Counted from the stretch's first letter, positions 27,040 through 41,450 are shown. The stretch: 64,000 nucleotides of DNA from Octopus vulgaris (GCA_951406725.2 OX597817.1:82460001-82524000); one strand, 5' to 3'. The notes: generated from the letters alone by a model not told the origin. Numbers and translations: made by a program.

Positions 27040-27700
27040 AGGTTCAAATTTTGGAACAAGTCCACCAAGGGAAGGGTTAGCCGATTTCATCGACCTCCAG
27101 AGCACAACTAGTGCTTATTTTATCGACCCCGAAAGGATGAGAGGTAAAGGTAAAGCCGACTTGGCGTAATTTGAACTCGGAACGTAAAGACGGACGAAAT
27201 ACCAGTAAGCATTTTGCTCGGTGCGGTAACGACTCTGCCAACTCACCGCCTTAACTCGTCTTTTAATATTGGTTTCAAATGTTGGCACAAAGCCAGCAAT
27301 TTTGGGTGAAACGGTAAGTCAATTAAATTGACCCTACTGCTCAACTGGTACTTATTTGATCGACCTCGAAAGAATGAAAGGCAAAGTCAACCTCGGCGGA
27401 ATTTGAACTCCGAACAAAACGCTAGTAAGCATTTTGCCCGGCGTGCTAACGATTCTGCCAGCTTGCCGCCTTGCCTCGTATTATAATATGGATTTACATT
27501 AAGGCAACGAATTGGCCGAATGGTCAGTACGCCGGGCAAAATCCTTAGCGGATTTTCACCCGTTATTGCGTTCTGAGCTCAAATTTTGTCGAGGTCGAGT
27601 TAGTCTTTTATCCATCCAGGATGATAAAATAAGTACCAGCCGTGTAATAGAATCGATGTAATCCTCCGGAACTGCTAACCTTGAACCAAAATTTGAAACC
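27040..27700. mobile_element. Cluster of three family B SINEs (two minus, one plus, head-to-head)
   Basis: Family B motifs at 27040-27252 (-), 27270-27472 (-) and 27502-27700 (+). Confidence 0.75.
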
Positions 27701-28067
27701 AACCTTAATTTGCATTTAACCACAAGTTTAACGGAACGGACATCATCAAATGATTTCACCATCATTAATGCATATTAACATTATTTTTTGTCAGCACTTC
27801 GTCCACCCCTAGCAAAATTACTCCTCTGCTGTGCTTGTGTCACATGTATGTTTTATATGAATATGAGGTGACGCGTGAAAGGTTAAAATAATCTCTTGAT
27901 TTTGATAGCTCTCAGGTTATTAACATTTACATTTCAAATAGTCACGTGCTTTTCATAAAATGTAAGTATGCGAAATTTGATATTGTTAGTCATATATTCT
28001 TATATAAGTCTTTCTATTTTACTTCGATACATAAACGCGCACGCGCTCACACAGACACACACACACA

Positions 28068-28143
<76 letters not shown>

Positions 28144-28479
28144 GGTAGATAGGTGGGTAGGCAGATAAATAGATAGATAGAGAAATAAGAGATAGGGAAA
28201 GAGAGAGAGAGAGAGTTTCGCCTTTCGGGTTTTATTGAAACAGTCTGGTTAAATGAACCCCAATCGGCGAATTTGCTTGCAGCTATCTGCAAAGAAATTA
28301 TCGATAATTCAAAGATGTATCTACACATTTCCCTCAAATATTTGAGTGCAAATAAAAATTCTCCATAACGATAAAATTTCAACGAATCGTATGAATTGTT
28401 TAATACTTCCTCTATCACCTCTCTGCATGTGTTAATGTTGCTTTTATGACAAATTATGTTCAACCGACAAGAAATTGTT

Positions 28480-29452
28480 GGTACAAGCCATCAATTTTGA
28501 GGGAGGAGTTAAGTCGATTACCAATGCTCAACTGGTACTTATTTTATGGACGCTGAAAGATTGAAAGGCGAAATTGACGTTGGTGGAATTTGAATTCAGA
28601 AAGTAAAGCTTGACGAAATATTGATTTCAAATTTTGGCTGAAAGTCAGCAATTTCGAGTGAGTCGGTTATATCGATTCCAGTGCTTAACTGGTACTTCTT
28701 TTATCGACCACGAAAGAATGAAAGGCAAAAATCGACGTCGACAGAATTTGAACTCAAAACGTAAACACAGACAAAATGCCGCTAAGCATTTTGCTCGGCA
28801 TGCTAGCAGTTCTGCGAGAACACCACCTTATTTCTTTCATGAATACTGATAAAATATTAAAGCGGTAAGCTGGCAGAAACGTTAGCACGCCGGGCGAAAT
28901 GCGCAGCGGTATCTCGTCTGTCTTCATGTTCTGAGTTCAAATTCCGCCGAGGTCGACTTTGCCTTTCATCCTTTCGGGGTCGATAAATTCAGCACCAGTT
29001 ACGCACTGAGGTCGATGTAATCGAATTAATTCGTTTATCAGTCCTTGTTTGCCTCCTCTATGTTTAGCCTCTTGTGGGCAATAAAGAAGTAAGAATCGTT
29101 AGCATTTCGTCCGTCTTTGAGTTCAAATTACGACGAGGTCGACTTTCCTTTTTTTATGCTTTTGGGGTCGATAAAATAAATACCAGTTGAACACTGGGGC
29201 TGATGTAATCGATTAAGCCCCTTCTCCAAAATTACAGGCATTGTGCATACAGTTGAAAGGAACATTAATGACATAAATAAGGCCGTGATCTGATAGAATT
29301 GTTAGCAGTCTGAGTTCAAGTTCCGCCAAAGCTGACTTAGCCTTTCATCCAATCACGATCGATAAAATATGTATCAGCTGAGTACTGGGGTCGATTTAAT
29401 CGATTTATCCCTTACCCTAAAACTACTAGCCTTGTTCCAAAATTTGAGGCCA
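28480..29452. mobile_element. Cluster of about five family B SINE bodies (two minus, three plus, head-to-head)
   Basis: Minus copies at 28480-28828; plus copies at 28861, 29095 and 29280. Confidence 0.75.
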
Positions 29453-29619
29453 GTAATAATGAAAATAAAAGAGTGAAGAGAATAGAAAGAGGTAAATTAA
29501 AGAGAACTGCCGGAAGGTGTGTGTGTGTGTGTGAGAAAGAGAGAGAGAGAGAAAGAGAGATAATCAGGAGTCTGTAACTATCATAAAGAGAAGGAGTAAA
29601 AGAAAGAGAAAGAAGGGCA

Positions 29620-29851
29620 TCTATCTATCTATCTATCTATCTACCTACCTACCTACTTACCTACCTATGTATGTATGTATGTATGTATGTATGTATGTAT
29701 GTATGTATGTATGTATGTATGTATGTATGTATGTATGTATGTATGTATGTATGTATGCACGCATGCATGCATGCATGCATGTATGTATGTATGTATGTAT
29801 GTATGTATGTATGTATCTATCTATCTATCTATCTATATATATATATATATA
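29620..29851. repeat. Compound (CTAT)/(CTAC)/(TATG)/(TA) microsatellite
   Basis: Directly visible. Confidence 0.95.
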
Positions 29852-30740
29852 TACGAAGGAGTGCACAAAAGAAACGAGAATTTTTCAATATTATCTTACC
29901 TGCTTACACTTTTATCGCCTACAAAGTACTCTCCATTTGAAGCAATGCTTTGGTCCAGGCGCGTTTTCCACTATTCAATGCAGTGCTGGAATTCTTGTGA
30001 AGCGATGTTTTTTAACGCCTCCGTCATTTTGTTCTTCACCTCTTACACATTTGCAAATTCCGTAGCACTAGCTTCGGTCACCAGTGATAACCTCCGAAAA
30101 AAGGTCTGGATCAACTTCCAACTGATCTTTCAGTTCACAACACGTATTCAGTCGTGACTGCTTTCGATTTTCCGAGAGCCATCGAAGCACACATTTTGCT
30201 GCCAATCTTTTCATTCGCAATTTCTCGTTCAAAATATGTTGGCAAGAGCTCCAGGACACACCATTCATATCAACAAGTTCGTCAATTGTTGGTGACGGTC
30301 TTCCTAGTTCAGTTCATAAATTTTCATAATGTTCGTACGGGAGTTCGACGGTTGTCCTGAACGAAGTTGGTCTTCAAGCGACAAGTGACCATTCCTAAAG
30401 CCTGGAAACCACTCGAAAACTTGTGTTTTGCTCATGGCAGTGTCCTTGCAAACAGCTGGAAGCATGGAATCTGTGTCGGCCGCCGTTTTCTCCAGCAGAA
30501 AATAAAATTTCACGGAAGCACGCAGTTCCTTCGTTTTAGCCATCGCAAAAATCGACGAACACGGGAGAAGCATTGCAAAACAAACTTGCACCACGTCGCG
30601 GTGCGACTTCATTGAACGACACCGATCGGCAGGCTGATATCTGAGGGTTACATCAAGTGGCTTTTAGCGGTGGAAGCCTGAACTACAACGGGCTTGTCGC
30701 ACAGAGAACATTTCCGATCACTTGTGGGTGCCTCTTCGTA
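29852..30740 (-). mobile_element. Internally deleted mariner transposon
   Basis: N-terminal HTH (ELRASVKFYFLLEKTA...KTQVFEWF..FRNG...RSGQPS), AAKCVLRWL (WVP motif) and VITGD, then a jump to the C-terminus. Degenerate TIRs both begin TACGAAG. Confidence 0.85.
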
Positions 30741-31107
30741 TCTATCTATCGTTCGGTCGTATGTGTTTTAGTCTATGTATATGTGTGTGTGTGTGACGGG
30801 ACGTACATTCACACACAAACACACACACACACTCACTCTCACACATACATACGCATACATGCATATATTCTCACCTGCGGACACATTTCGATTTTGCTTT
30901 GTTGTATGCTATTGATATATTTCAAAAGTAAAATCTCAGTTAAATTAAAGCCTTTGTAGAAAGAAAAGTCACTTTCTTCAATGATGATAAAATAATACTG
31001 ACATAAAAATTAAAAAAAGAAAATTTGAAGGAAGTCAAGCATACACACAAGCATAAACACTCATACACACACACACAATTGTGTTTGTATTCACATACAT
31101 GTGCAGA

Positions 31108-32140
31108 CTTATACACATAGTGATTTGGAACAGAGAAGAGAAACTACGTACAGTAGTGAAAATCAGCAGCCCAGAAGATGTCAACATAAAGCTAAAGATA
31201 GCGAAAAAGAAAACATCCCTGCTGAAATAGTGCGACATCTATAGACACACCACAAAGATTACAAGTTCAGATTTATACCCGTAATCACTGGGGTACTTAG
31301 ATATATAATCAATGTATTTGCAGCAACCTTGAGAAGTTGGGATTCTCAAAACTAAAAACGAGAAAGCTAATTAGAAACAAATCATCAATGAGCTGTCAAA
31401 GTATGTAAAACTTTTCAAAGGTTTAGCATATACGTACACCGTAAATCCTCGAGTATAATCCGCATTTTCCCCCCAAAATATAAAGGTCTAAATCCCTAGT
31501 GCGTACTATATACGAGGTTAAAAATGAAAAAATATTTTCTAAGCAATGTCTGAGTCTCTATTTGCTGTCTGGCAATGTTTATTTAGACGCATTTTGTGAT
31601 GTCGGGCGCGAAAATACATTAAGCTAAGCCCTGAAAGCAATGAAGTCCTGAAAGAATCATCCATAACATGCAGTAAGCAACATTTATTAAAATAAAAGTA
31701 TTGAGAACACAGAATAACATGTAACAAAAACAATTTGCAAACATATTTACATTCCCATATAACAGTTAAGAACATCACCATTATTATATTACGTATGCGC
31801 AGACGTTTTTGTTCGACTAGGTGCTGCTGGCTTAATTACGCACGACTCAAGTTAGATTTTTCAGAAGTACAGCCCCCTAAAAATCCCTTGTGTATTATAC
31901 TCAAGGGCGGATTATACTCGAGTATTTACGGTATATGCAGATGTGTAGAGATGCAAAATCAGTATATAAACATAAAACAAACTATAGAGCTGTACATGCA
32001 CTGACTCCAAATATTTGGACATAAACACATGTACATGTACAATTACCCTGTTGATGTTGGAATCCCAATGAAAGAGATTTAGATCCAGCTTAGAAACCGG
32101 CTCTTACTCCTTTGCCGAGAAATCTAGAAATAAAACATTA
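31108..32140 (+). mobile_element. 3' end of a non-LTR retrotransposon with restriction-like endonuclease, interrupted by a MITE
   Basis: IVIWNREEKLRTVVKISSPEDVNIKLK ... DYKFRFIPVITGVL (PD-(D/E)xK region). Probable 3'UTR ends in (CATA)n. Confidence 0.55.
31439..31931. mobile_element. Tc2/pogo-like MITE
   Basis: 25-bp TIRs ccgtaaatcctcgagtataatccgc / gcggattatactcgagtatttacgg with 1 mismatch, TA target on the right and CA on the left, and subterminal repeats. Confidence 0.88.
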
Positions 32141-33123
32141 TTCATAGCATACATACATACATACATACATACATATTTGTATTCATTTATGTATATACGT
32201 GTGAATATATAGATGCTTGTGTGTGTGTTTAAGCATGTTTATATGTATGTATACACCACACACTCACACATATATGTATATATTTATACAAATATATATG
32301 TATGTATGTATGTATATGGGCGTGAATATATTTATAGATGTATATCTATCTATCTAGCTTGCTAGCTATATGCATATATGTATTTATGCCTGCCCTATGT
32401 ATGTATGTATGTATGTATGTATGTATGTATGTATGTATGTATGTATGTATGTATGTATGCATGTATGTATGTAGTGGTGTGCAGTAACTTTCTTGCAGAG
32501 TAATAAAATGCAACGTAAGTATAACTTGTAATAACTTCGTGAATAATTAATTCAAAGTTAATGAAATTTTGCATCTATACTTGTACAGACCTGCATTAGT
32601 TAATGTTACGTCTTTCACCCGATTAGGCATGGATTTGATGTAATCATCAGAGACAGACCGATCCGTGTTTATTCACATGTTAGTCAATGCTTCTTTCTGC
32701 TCCATACTTCATAAAGTTTACAAGAATCTAGAGCAGAAACTTTCTAACAAGTTGTTCTCCCATGTGTTCTCCAGAATAAAACGTAGGCTCTTTGAGTGAC
32801 TTGTTTAGAAATTTTATTTCAAATTTCTAATACTTTGATTTGTTTGACGCTTTGAAAAGATTGGCCTCGTCAATTCAAACGTTGGAATGATTTTCAAGGA
32901 AATTGACTTCCAATCTGCCTCTCACTCAAACCATCACACATACCATAACTTCTAACTTCACCATTTTTAATGTTTTTTGAAAATAAATGGCTTCCACATT
33001 TTAATTAAATTCATATATCTATACCTGCCAAAAAGAGGAGTCGTTCTTAATTCGAAAAAACACCCGAAAAATCAATGGGTATCTAAAACTATTCATAAAC
33101 CACTGCACACGCACACACACACA

Positions 33124-33162
<39 letters not shown>

Positions 33163-33315
33163 TACGCGTTTCATAGGATAGGGCTCTCTTCGTAAAACTA
33201 ATTCATCATAACTCATATATCATTTACATTATAATTATCTAAGTTGAATAATCTATATTCATACATACACACTCATACATATACATGTGTTTATGTATGT
33301 ACGTATGTATGTACA

Positions 33316-33450
<135 letters not shown>

Positions 33451-33466
33451 TTATCTATCTATCTAT

Positions 33467-33505
<39 letters not shown>

Positions 33506-33754
33506 TATTTGAGTAGTTGAATGAATTATCTTATTAAGGATAATTCGAATTAACCGATACCTGGGTAGCAAATTCACATCAGAAAAAACACGGTTGAAGT
33601 TACGTGCCTAGGGCATAGATTACGTGCTTTCGTGTGGAAATTAGGAATATGCAGCCTTCGAAACATATGTCGAAAATAAAGGAATTTTGTTAATTCGTCG
33701 TTCAGCTCCATTCTTTCATATATTTATATTTTTGTATATATATATGTATATACA

Positions 33755-34010
33755 TGGCTCAGTGGTTAGAGCGTCGAGCTTACGATCGTGAGGTTGTGAG
33801 CTCGAATCCCGGACCGGGCTGCGTGTTGTGTTCTTGAGCAAAGCACTTTATTTCACGTTGCTCCAGTTCATTCAGCTGTAGAAATGAGTTGCGACGTCAC
33901 TGGTGCCAAGCTGTATCGACCTTTGTCTTTCCCTTGGATAACACTGTTGCTGGAGAGAGGGAGCTGTCATGGGCGACTGCTGGTCTATCTATAAACAACC
34001 TTGCCCGGAC
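33755..34010 (+). mobile_element. tRNA-derived SINE family D (CORE-like), alternative tail
   Basis: TGGCTCAGTGG A box, gctcgaatccc B box, and gtgttcttgagcaaagcactttatttcacgttgctccag. Confidence 0.8.
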
Positions 34011-36734
34011 TATATATAGGTATATATATATAATATGGTCATTCATATATATTATATATATATATATATATATAGCTTTAATACTTTGGACTAACGGGTA
34101 TATGTCGATTAGCGTTTTGAAGTGTTGGGAAGAGCACTGGCACAGTTTGGGCTACCTAGTGTCATTCGCAGTCAGGATATATTTCCGTTGGATCTACTTC
34201 AGGAACTCCGCAGTGTTAGTTGAGATAGTAATAATAATTTCTTAAGTAACCAGAAGATGGATTTGGTATTAATCTTTATTTTGTACAACGGTCGTTTCGA
34301 CCCATCCTGCTACTGTCTCTTATGGGTGGGACTCCGTTCAACATCTTGTGTTGCATCCATTTCGCAGTCTGGGTCTCGTGAGGTATATCCATACATAAAG
34401 TTTTTTTCTTGGTAAAGATCCTGAGTTTTTGGCTGTCAAGTTATGTGCCCGTCTGGTTAGAGAATGAAACATTGCTACAATTTTCAATTACTCTTATCTG
34501 TCTACAATAAGACTTGCAGGCATTTGTAAATACAGACAAAGAACTATTGATAAAAAAATCTTGTAGGACAAGTGAATGACTGGACTCGAGTTACATTGGG
34601 TTTAAGACAATGGAACGATACTAGAAAAAGAAAGGGCAAGATATATAAGCAGGCTAGGGTGTCTAGGGGGCGAAAGGTTGTTTTGGGTAGCTTAGGTCAT
34701 GATGAGTATACACACGCTCGCACACACGCCCACTCGTACATACACTCACACAATGGACGTTGGCCTACCCACCCGTATTGTCAATTCAGCCATAGTTCGT
34801 ACAATTTATGGTTGCAAGACAACTTTACCAGAAGTCTGTCATCACAGTCACCTCAAGACTAGGGCAGCTTGCAGACAGTCTGACTCGCTTCAAATCTATA
34901 TCTCTGAGAGTGAATCACACACTCCTATGCCTATATATACATGCATCATTCCATACATACACTCACACATACATATACACATAAAAATACGCATATCCAT
35001 ATGTATATATCTACACATACATATACATACACGTATGCATCTACATGCATACGTATATTTATATATATACAAACTCGCGAGCATACACGCACACTCACAG
35101 GTGTACGCATATGCCCATACATACACACACATGCACACACACACACACATATATATATAAAGATATATACACACGCATATATATACCTCCACACACACAC
35201 ACACACATATATACACATACATGCATGTGCGATCCACATACATAAAGAAAAATGCGCGTACGCATACATGCACACGTACCCCGTCGCACCATCCACACAC
35301 ACAGATATACGCGTATACGTATATCTACACACGCACACATATACTTGCACACATACACATGCACATCTCTGCATCCCGATTAGATCTATGGATCTCTACT
35401 CCCCCGTTAGTTTCCCAAGCAGTAACTAATTGTTGCCTTATGTTGTTATTATTAATACACAGCTGCATTGTAAGGTTACATATCTGGACATATATATGAA
35501 CATCAATATCTGCACACAGGTGTAAAGATATAGAAAGGCATATTTTTGCCTCTCTAGATAATTAATCTGTTGCGTCAGTTTAGAGGATATACTCTAGTAC
35601 CTTGTAGTTTGCATATATTACTGACTCACGGTTTTGTTCCAAAGGTATCGTGTAGGAATATAAATATAACTGTGACTGAACATAATCAACACAATGAAGC
35701 AAATTGTTTGTTGCTTTAGTTAATCAGTTAATTATGTTTTTTTGAAAAATCTATATTCTAGTTTCTGTTGCGTTCTGCAAGTGTCCTAAATACATATGGT
35801 GTTCTCGTCTAGTCCTTCCTTAGTATAGGCTCCATGGTTGCAGTTCATGAGGTTTTCACTTAGGAGCAGTGGGGGGTTAATCCGAGTTGTCGGAGTTATG
35901 ATTTGTATCGGTTAGGTATGCTTTGCATTGTACTGTATGAACTAGTGTTTAGCTGTATGCATGCATCTGGGCAGTTGTTTAGCAAATCTATTTATAATCC
36001 ACTCTTTTGTCAACAATATTGACAGCGATTCCTCGAAATATAACTGTCATTTCCAAAATAGAGTGTTGTAGGGATTCGCGTGTCTAATTATTGATCAGCT
36101 CAGGTCGTATTTTACCTTCTTTTCTTTAAATCACCAGAAGACGAAGTTGCGTAGCTGACGATGTGGTTTCTATATCTAGTTTTGAAAATATCAGCCGATG
36201 CACCGACATACATGACAATTGTCGTTACGGTAAACTTGTACACGAGATTTCGGGTCTTGCATTAGTTACCCTGTGGACATTTCGAACGGTCCCTGCATGA
36301 GTATAAATTGTCAGACTTTTTTTTTATGTGTGTGTACAGCAAGAGGAATTTAAAAGATCACTGAAGCCAGTAAAGTAGTATGAAGTAATATATTTATAAC
36401 TAGATTATAAAATAATACAATGGTTTAGGAAAATTAAATTGAAGATATCTCATAAGTAAATAGACCTGTTCATAAATTAAAACGATAATTAGTACATAGC
36501 CAATTGTAGAAGTGAAGTGCATTGGCAATAGTAGAAGTGGAATATATAGTCAACGTATAGAAGTGGGAAGATGGTTTTAAGAACGAAAAATAAAGGAAGA
36601 TAAAAAAGAAAGCATTGAGGAGTGGCTATGCATACCCTGCGCGCAGAAAATACTTTTCGTAAATTATAGGGTGGTTTAAAATGCGTCGCTTGCCCATGCT
36701 TTTTAATTGAACTGAATTAATTTTCTGTTTTTTC

Positions 36735-37184
36735 TTTGGGTATCACCATTATAGTTATTTATACTCCGGTGAAATTAAGAAATCAACTCGTAAATAAACG
36801 AGACCCTCGAATCCATCACGGTAAAGACACACGTGCGCGCGCAGTCGCATATGTACGTATGTATGCATGCATTTATGTATGTACGCACACGTGTCTATGC
36901 GCATAGGCATACCATGATCTATAAACACGCAGACGAGTGTCGATTCATATGAAAAAGGAAGAGAACAAAATAATATGACCACTTGCTTATCAGGAAATTT
37001 TTATGTTCGATTAATTTTTTTAAAGTATCATCATTATAGGTATTTATAGTTGATTCAGGTGGAATTAAGAAAACAAGTCGTAAATAAACAAAATCATCAA
37101 ATCCATCAGTGTATACACTCACACACACAAACACACACACGTAGACACACACACATACACACATGCCCATACGCACAGAATCGC

Positions 37185-37215
<31 letters not shown>

Positions 37216-37540
37216 TGTATGTATGTATGTATGTACGCATACGTGTCCACGCACATAGGTATAGCATGATCTATACACACGCAGATGAGGGTCGATTCAT
37301 ATGAAAATGAAAGAGAACAAAATAATATGACCACTTGCTTATCGGGAACATTGTCAGTTCAATTTTTTAAAAAATGTATTTAAAAATTTTGTTTTTTAAA
37401 GATAACCAAACAAAATGTTCATCATTTCGAGCCACGTACCCAATGAGTATTTCTGCCAAATGTCCTGAAAATCCCTTCAGCGATTTTCCGGTAATTTTGC
37501 AAAAACACAAACGAACAAAGACTAGTGATTACAATGCCAT
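36735..37540. repeat. Diverged tandem duplication (~290/350-bp units) inside a probable Helentron/HINE-like element
   Basis: Units at 36741-37025 and 37026-37370 share flanks around an internal microsatellite. The end at 37440-37535 (..caaacgaacaaagactagtgattacaat) resembles rolling-circle element ends. Confidence 0.55.
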
Positions 37541-37712
37541 AAAAATAAGGATGAAAAATAAGGATGAAATGAGAGAACAAATGAAGAGGCAGAAGTTAAG
37601 AGTAAAATAATGCTAGTCTAGAAATAGAAAAAAAAACAAATTAATGAAGACAACGATGGTCTGTAATGAGAAAAAGAATGCGTGATAAATGTTAGTACAA
37701 TAAAGGTGCAAT

Positions 37713-37945
37713 TTAGTAGTGAAATATTTCAAGGTTTTTTAAATATTTACAGGAGCAGTAATTCGTAGGATTAATTCTAGAATTTAATGAATTTAATTTA
37801 GAGCAAAGCATGTGAAACATATCGTCTCGGCAAAGGTCGCATTTAAGATAACTGGTATTGCACATTAGAGTATTACTTACAATAGACCATTCCATATTGT
37901 AATTAATGTACTTGTCCTTCAAATCCCAAATACATTTACTAAAAT
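37713..37945 (-). pseudogene. Penelope-like GIY-YIG C-terminal fragment
   Basis: CIWDLKDKYINYNMEWSIV...KCDLC...LNSR matches IW.LK...I.W.I...C.LC..EK...LN.R. Confidence 0.65.
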
Positions 37946-38033
<88 letters not shown>

Positions 38034-38049
38034 TAATATATATATACGT

Positions 38050-38875
38050 AAATAAATAGGATGGCGAATATTTTTAGAAATTTCACCACCAGTGGCCTAG
38101 CGTGTAGTATAAAAAGTCAATAGACAACATAATCTCAATATAAAATAGTTTACATTTAAACACGAGAGAAAACTACCTTTAACAGGTAATTTTTACGAGC
38201 TAGAAGAAGCAGTCAAAACGACCAAAACCACATTTATGAGTAATTTTCGAAGGGAATGAAAAAAATTTAAAAACTAAGGTAAAAGTTGTTATTTTTCATT
38301 CCCTTCGAAAATTGCTCTTAAATGTGGTTTTGGTGCTTCTTCTAGCGTGTAAAAATTACCTGTTAAAGGTAGTTTTCTCCTGTGTTTAAATGTACACTAT
38401 TTTATATTGAGAATATGTTGTCTATTGACGTTTTATACATGCTAGGCCACTGGTGGTGAAATTTCTGAAAGTATCCGACACCCTATATATTTTACGAATA
38501 TGATTTTAGCATTTCGAAGATCGATTCGGCATTTTTCATTTACCACCGACTGAAACTGCGCTTGCGCGGTGAATTTTGAAAAACTATAACATATAATGAT
38601 GAGACACGTGTCATTTGTCCCTAAATTATATGTTAATTGTTATGACACGGTTACTGATGAGGATTCGCCTAGCAAATTATTTTATTTGCTGAAGAAATCT
38701 GGAACCCAGGTAAAACCGTAAATAAATAACACGGTAACAATTTTTATTTTTCATTCCCTTCGAAAATTGCTCTTAAATGTGGTTTTGGACGTTTTCACTG
38801 CTTCTTCTAACGTGTAAAAATTACCTGTTAAAGGTAGTTTTCTCTTGTGTTTAAATGTACACTATTTTATATTGT
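38050..38875 (+). mobile_element. Inverted plus direct pseudo-LTR element with hammerhead
   Basis: 38055-38265 is inverted relative to 38290-38486; 38745-38873 directly repeats 38290-38409; HHR at 38647-38719. Confidence 0.78.
38647..38719 (+). ncRNA. Type I hammerhead ribozyme with long stem II (GAAA mutated to GGAA)
   Basis: acggtta-CTGATGA-ggatt..agcaaat/atttgct..aatct-GGAA-cccagg-TA-aaaccgt. Confidence 0.65.
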
Positions 38876-39039
38876 GTGTATGTATATATACATACATACA
38901 TACATATATATATATATATACATATGTGTGTGTATGTGTGTGTGTATGTATATATACATACATATATATATATATACATATGTGTGTGTGTATGTGTGTG
39001 TGTGTGTGTGTACGTATGTATGTATGTGTCTGTTTTCAT

Positions 39040-39245
39040 GTTTGTGTTTGTCTCCTTCAACTGCTTCACAACTGGTGCTGGCTGGTTTACGTCCGCATAA
39101 CTTAGCGGTTCTACAAAAAGAGACCGATAGAACAAGTACCAGAATTTTAGAAAAGAGCTGGAGTCGATTTGTATGACTAATCCTTTCAAAATGGTGCCCC
39201 AGCATGGCGGTAGTCCAAAGACTGAGAGCAGTAACAGATATAAGA
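39040..39245 (+). mobile_element. SINE module E
   Basis: taacttagcggttc...agaccgatagaa...ggtgccccagcatggc. Confidence 0.7.
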
Positions 39246-39966
39246 TATGTGTGTGTGCGTGTGTACGTGTGTGTGCCTGCGCGTGTGTGTGCATGTGTAT
39301 GTGCATGTGTGTGTGCGCGCGTGTGCCTGTGCCTCTGTGTGTGTGTGACTCTGTGTATTTATACTCACAATATGGAGCGCAATAAAATGTTCACTCATTG
39401 TAACAGAGAAATAATGAAAAACAAAATAATAATAATACAAAATAAAATTATGAACCGAAACTGCAAAAAGAGCAAATATATAACTTTTTTAATATGGTTC
39501 TTGAGTACGATCGACTGGCTTGTTTGTTCAACCCTGATGAAGTGATGCGATTTCCGTATAGAAAACTCCACTCTGCAGATAACAATATACTCATGTGTCA
39601 GCAATAAGCAGCTAATGGTTTACAAGTATTGCGTAAGGTAGAATTGTTTCCTACTAAAGGGGGCAGCAGTTATTAATGATTCACTTCTCCTCACGAAAAT
39701 TGCAACTAAGTATCAACATTCCGGTGACTTTCGAGTTATTGTCAGATTTATATCACTTTAATGCGCTGGTTGCCGTGATATTAAAATACAAGTAGGACAG
39801 AGCTATCAAACATCTCTGTAATTCCACTCTCTCTTTTCATGTATGTGTATATGTATGTATGCATGCATGCATGCATGTATGTATGTATGTATGTATGTAT
39901 GTATGTATGTATGTATGTATGTATGTATGTATGTATGCATGTATGTATGTATACTTGCATACGTTA

Positions 39967-40010
<44 letters not shown>

Positions 40011-40067
40011 ATAATAAATCTCTGAACGCGATGAATATATATAGATATATGAATATATATATATACA

Positions 40068-40107
<40 letters not shown>

Positions 40108-40491
40108 AATACAGAGATAGATAAATTGCTAGTTAGATATGGATAGATAAATAGTTACATACATACATACATAATACATATATACATATATATAAAATAT
40201 ATATATGTATATGAATGTACATTTATGTATATACATATATATACATACATGCATACACACATCTATGCATATATTTATGTACATTTATGTATATATATAC
40301 ATACAAACATTTATATAAATGTGAACAGACGTTTATATATATATATTTACATATGTCTATATATATATCTATATAAACAATCTGTTATTACATCAGTGTA
40401 TTATTGATATCTATCTTTCTATCTATCTATCTATCTATATCTATCTATCTATCTTTCTATCTATCTATCTATCTATCTATCTATATATCTA

Positions 40492-40529
<38 letters not shown>

Positions 40530-40536
40530 TATATAC

Positions 40537-40576
<40 letters not shown>

Positions 40577-40655
40577 GCATACATATATATATATGTGTGT
40601 GCGTGTACATATATATACATACACACACACATATATGTATACATATATGTATGAA

Positions 40656-40972
40656 GGCGCGTGGCTTAGTGGTTGGGGCATTCAGCTCACGATTGTAAGG
40701 TCGTGATTTCAATTCCCGGCGACGCGTTGTGTCCTTGGGCAAAACAATATATTTCACGTTGCTCCAGTCCACTCATCTGGAAAAAATGAGCTGTACCTGC
40801 ATTTCAAAGGGCCAGCCTTGTGATAATCTGTGTCACGCTGAATCTCCTGGGAACTACGTTTGGGGTACACGTGCCTGTGGATTCCTCAGTCACTTGCACG
40901 TTATTTTCACGAGCAAGCTGTTCCGTTGATTGTATCAGCTGGGACCTTTGTCGTCGTAACCGACGGAGTGCT
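40656..40972 (+). mobile_element. tRNA-derived SINE family D, full length
   Basis: TGGCTTAGTGG A box, ttcaattccc B box, CORE-like tgtgtccttgggcaa; matches 59737-60058. Confidence 0.85.
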
Positions 40973-41027
<55 letters not shown>

Positions 41028-41050
41028 ATTTAAAGTATTTGAAAAGGATA

Positions 41051-41108
<58 letters not shown>

Positions 41109-41133
41109 TTATATATATATGTATATATACATA

Positions 41134-41174
<41 letters not shown>

Positions 41175-41415
41175 CAGCAACAAAGACCAAACATACGTAT
41201 CACGTAGGTGTTGAACAACGGGAATGAGTACTCACCACCACATTGGTGGATAAAATTTCTCTATTTGCGTATTGTATTGAGGCTACCATTGGTCTCATGT
41301 TAAGAAAAATATATTAATAACATTACAATTTTTGAAGCCAATCACATGGAGGAATGGTGTTCGTCTCACATGGATTTTTGTCTCCATGAAAACGCACACA
41401 CACACACAAATATAA

Positions 41416-41450
<35 letters not shown>

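Noticed and set aside
35600-36300. Further degraded TE coding remnants (also 9500-9900, 16240-17030, 18180-18700, 20000-20330, 32475-32960)
   Set aside because: Only isolated motif-like hints (for example RCNLC at about 20300); too decayed to classify by eye.
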